Part shown: piece after piece, positions 61,686-64,000 of the stretch
Layout: each line of letters opens with the position of its first letter
Position numbering within the stretch: position 1 is the first letter of the stretch
NCBI GenBank assembly: GCA_022449545.1
Contig: JAKUPN010000010.1
Location: forward strand, 3,571 to 67,570
Reading direction: 5' to 3'
Source: Alphaproteobacteria bacterium
GTDB taxonomy: Bacteria > Pseudomonadota > Alphaproteobacteria > UBA6615
DNA length: 64,000 nt
Notes under the pieces: generated by a model
What the model was told of the DNA's origin: nothing
What the model saw: the letters and a program-made list of their open reading frames with translations, nothing else
Databases searched by the model: none
Position numbers and translations under genes: made by a program

Positions 61686-64000
61686 ATGGGAGTTCGTTAT
61701 ATAGGTGCCGAAGTTCAACGCATGGAAGATCCTAGGTTAATCACAGGACATGGTCGGTATGTTGACGACATTGTTTTTGGCGATATGTTGCATGCTGCTT
61801 TTCTTCGCTCGTCTCAGGCGCATGCTAAAATTCGTTCAATTGACACAAGTAAAGCTTCGGCTTTGTCCGGTGTTAAAAAGGTTTTTACACTAGCGGATCT
61901 TGGTCCTAATTATGAACGAAGGATGAATCAACTATATCCAGCCCCTGTTATAGAGCAGAATAAAACTCAATATCCACTTGCTAAAGATGAAGTTTGTTAT
62001 GTTGGTGAAGCTATCGCTGTAGTAGTTGCAGACAGCCGTGCAATTGCTGAAGATGCTCTTGCCCTTATTGTTGTGGATTATGAAACGCTTCAAGCGGTGA
62101 TAGATGTTCGAACTGCACTTGAAGATGGTGCTCAACTAGCACATTCAGATGCAACATCAAACTTAATGGGTAAAATGCGTTCCAAATTTGGCGATATTGA
62201 GGATGCTTTTAGCAAGGCCGATCATGTTTTTTCTGCTGGATTTATGCAGCACCGCGGAGGTTGTCACTCGATGGAGACACGAGGAGTTATAGCTCGTGAT
62301 GATCCTTGGGGTGATGGGCTAACTCTTTGGACTTCAGCACAATCGGCTTACTTGATTCGAAGGGCTTTGGCTAATTGGCTGGGAGAACCAGAAGAAAGGG
62401 TTCGGGTGATAGCTCCAGACGTTGGAGGCGGCTTTGGGCCTAAGGCTGGTTTTTATCCTGAAGAGATTGTAATACCTCTGGTGGCAAGAATTATGGAGTG
62501 CCCAGTCAAATGGATTGAGGATCGACAAGAACATTTTATTTCCACCACAACTCAGCGTGATCAATACTGGAATTTGGAAGTGGCGTGCAAGTCGGATGGA
62601 AAAATACTTGGATTAAAGGGAAAAGTTACACATGAAAACGGCGCGTATATTCCTTATGGCATCCTTTTGCCAAATAGCTCTTTAACCCCTTTGCCAGGCG
62701 CATACTCTATTCCTGCAATTGATGTTGGTTTGGATATTGTTTTTACGAATACAGTACCAAACTCGCCAGTTCGAGGGGCAGGGAGACCTTGTGGGATATA
62801 TGCTGTGGAAAGAATGGTTCAATTGGTTTCACGCAGGCTTGGCATCGACCCGGCTGTTGTTCGCCGAAGAAATTTTGTTAGGCCGGAACAAATGCCCTAC
62901 GAGACAGGAGCCAAACTCCGAGGGGGTGATCCGGTTATTTATGATAGTGGTGACTATGAGGCTCTCTTAGACAAAGCTCTGGAGCTTTCAGATTATGATA
63001 GCTTCAAAGTCCGTCAATCTGAAGCACGGAAGGAAGGACGTTATCTTGGTATCGGTATATCTTCTTGTATAGAAGATACAGGCATGGGACCTTATGAGGG
63101 AACCACTGTGCGTGTAGAGGCTTCAGGTAAAATAGTTGTGAAAACTGGTGCTGCTAGTCAGGGGCAAGGCCATCATACGATGATATCGATGATTGTGGCG
63201 GAGAATTTAGGAGTAACGCCAGAAGACATTATTTTTGAATCAGCTGATACGGGAAAGTTTCCTCATGGTATTGGGGCAATAGGAAGCCGCATAGCTGCTA
63301 ATGTAGCTCCTTCAGCCTTTGATGCAGCCTCTAAAGTGCGTGCGAAAGCCTTGAAGCTTGCAGCTGAGATTCTCGAAACAGCTGAAGCAGATCTCGATAT
63401 AGAGGCTGGAATCGTTCGTGTAAATGGTGCTCCCGATGTGTCTATTTCCCTAGGAGAGCTTGCTATAAAATTAACTCCTCCTTCATCAACGAGAGTTCCT
63501 ATAGGGTTTGATCCAATACTGGAAGCCACTTCATTTGATGGGTCGTCTGGTTCTCCCATAGCTAGTGGTACTAATGTAGCTGAGGTTGAGGTTGATACAG
63601 GCACAGGTGAAGTCAAAATATTACGTTATTCTGTCGCTCATGATTGTGGCGTCATGATCAACCCTATGATTGTTCATGGGCAGATTGTTGGTGGTGTTGT
63701 CCATGGAATTGGAAATGCTCTGTTCGAACGAATGATTTATGATGATCAAGGTCAGCCATTAACTATGAACTATGGCGAATACCTTTTGCCATTAGCAAGT
63801 GAGATGCCACGGATAGATGTGACTCATATTGAAACTCCTTCGCCTCTGAATTCTCTTGGTGTAAAGGGTGCTGGCGAAGGAGGTACAATTCCTGCTGCTG
63901 CGGCAATAATTGCAGCAATAGAAAATGCATTAGAAGAATTTTCGGTAGAGGTCGATTACTATCCTGTAGACCCTCAATACTTAACTAGTCTTATAGAAGC
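61686..64000 (+). CDS. molybdenum hydroxylase large (CoxL-like, molybdopterin-binding) subunit, 3' end outside window
   Basis: Not in the ORF track because there is no stop within the window. My own translation from the ATG at 61686 gives 'MGVRYIGAEVQRMEDPRLITGHGRYVDD', 'DVGGGFGPK', and active-site loop 'VRGAGRP' (62769-62789). Confidence 0.9.
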   Translation, partial: MGVRYIGAEVQRMEDPRLITGHGRYVDDIVFGDMLHAAFLRSSQAHAKIRSIDTSKASALSGVKKVFTLADLGPNYERRMNQLYPAPVIEQNKTQYPLAKDEVCYVGEAIAVVVADSRAIAEDALALIVVDYETLQAVIDVRTALEDGAQLAHSDATSNLMGKMRSKFGDIEDAFSKADHVFSAGFMQHRGGCHSMETRGVIARDDPWGDGLTLWTSAQSAYLIRRALANWLGEPEERVRVIAPDVGGGFGPKAGFYPEEIVIPLVARIMECPVKWIEDRQEHFISTTTQRDQYWNLEVACKSDGKILGLKGKVTHENGAYIPYGILLPNSSLTPLPGAYSIPAIDVGLDIVFTNTVPNSPVRGAGRPCGIYAVERMVQLVSRRLGIDPAVVRRRNFVRPEQMPYETGAKLRGGDPVIYDSGDYEALLDKALELSDYDSFKVRQSEARKEGRYLGIGISSCIEDTGMGPYEGTTVRVEASGKIVVKTGAASQGQGHHTMISMIVAENLGVTPEDIIFESADTGKFPHGIGAIGSRIAANVAPSAFDAASKVRAKALKLAAEILETAEADLDIEAGIVRVNGAPDVSISLGELAIKLTPPSSTRVPIGFDPILEATSFDGSSGSPIASGTNVAEVEVDTGTGEVKILRYSVAHDCGVMINPMIVHGQIVGGVVHGIGNALFERMIYDDQGQPLTMNYGEYLLPLASEMPRIDVTHIETPSPLNSLGVKGAGEGGTIPAAAAIIAAIENALEEFSVEVDYYPVDPQYLTSLIE

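Overview
AT-rich, gene-dense chromosomal segment. Gene content and synteny look alphaproteobacterial, and the compact, low-GC style suggests a streamlined marine lineage; this lineage call is inference only. Nearly the whole window is core housekeeping: proA-nadD-rsfS-rlmH, gpmA, envC-like/ctpA, rppH, the F1 ATP synthase operon atpHAGDC, priA, tal, DUF484-xerC, mdh-sucCD, zapE, sdhCDAB, metXW, chorismate mutase-hisC-tyrC, chaC, plsC, ftsEX, lysA-argH, hbd-etfAB, a PduO-type adenosyltransferase, gluQ, coq7, one tRNA-Leu(CAA), and a coxG-M-S-L-like molybdenum hydroxylase cluster that runs off the right edge. I saw no CRISPR array, transposase, prophage or integrase-bounded island. The outstanding feature is the 1.76-kb gap between the divergent sdhC (-) and a LysE-family gene (+). 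It holds a roughly 1-kb GC-rich block (about 32600-33620) with no credible ORF in any frame. The block is packed with short helices, four capped by UUCG tetraloops and one by UCCG, and several need G-U pairs that only work on the + strand. It contains internally repeated sequence and structure modules, and it ends in a stem plus U-tract terminator. I interpret it as a large structured non-coding RNA that matches no family whose signatures I can recall. It is preceded by phased CTGTG(G/T) / DnaA-box-like repeats. A second spot worth a look is the ORF-free, very AT-rich 390-bp convergent gap at 42265-42652, which carries two perfect TTATCCACA DnaA boxes. All product calls come from reading the supplied translations for family motifs and synteny; no database search was possible.
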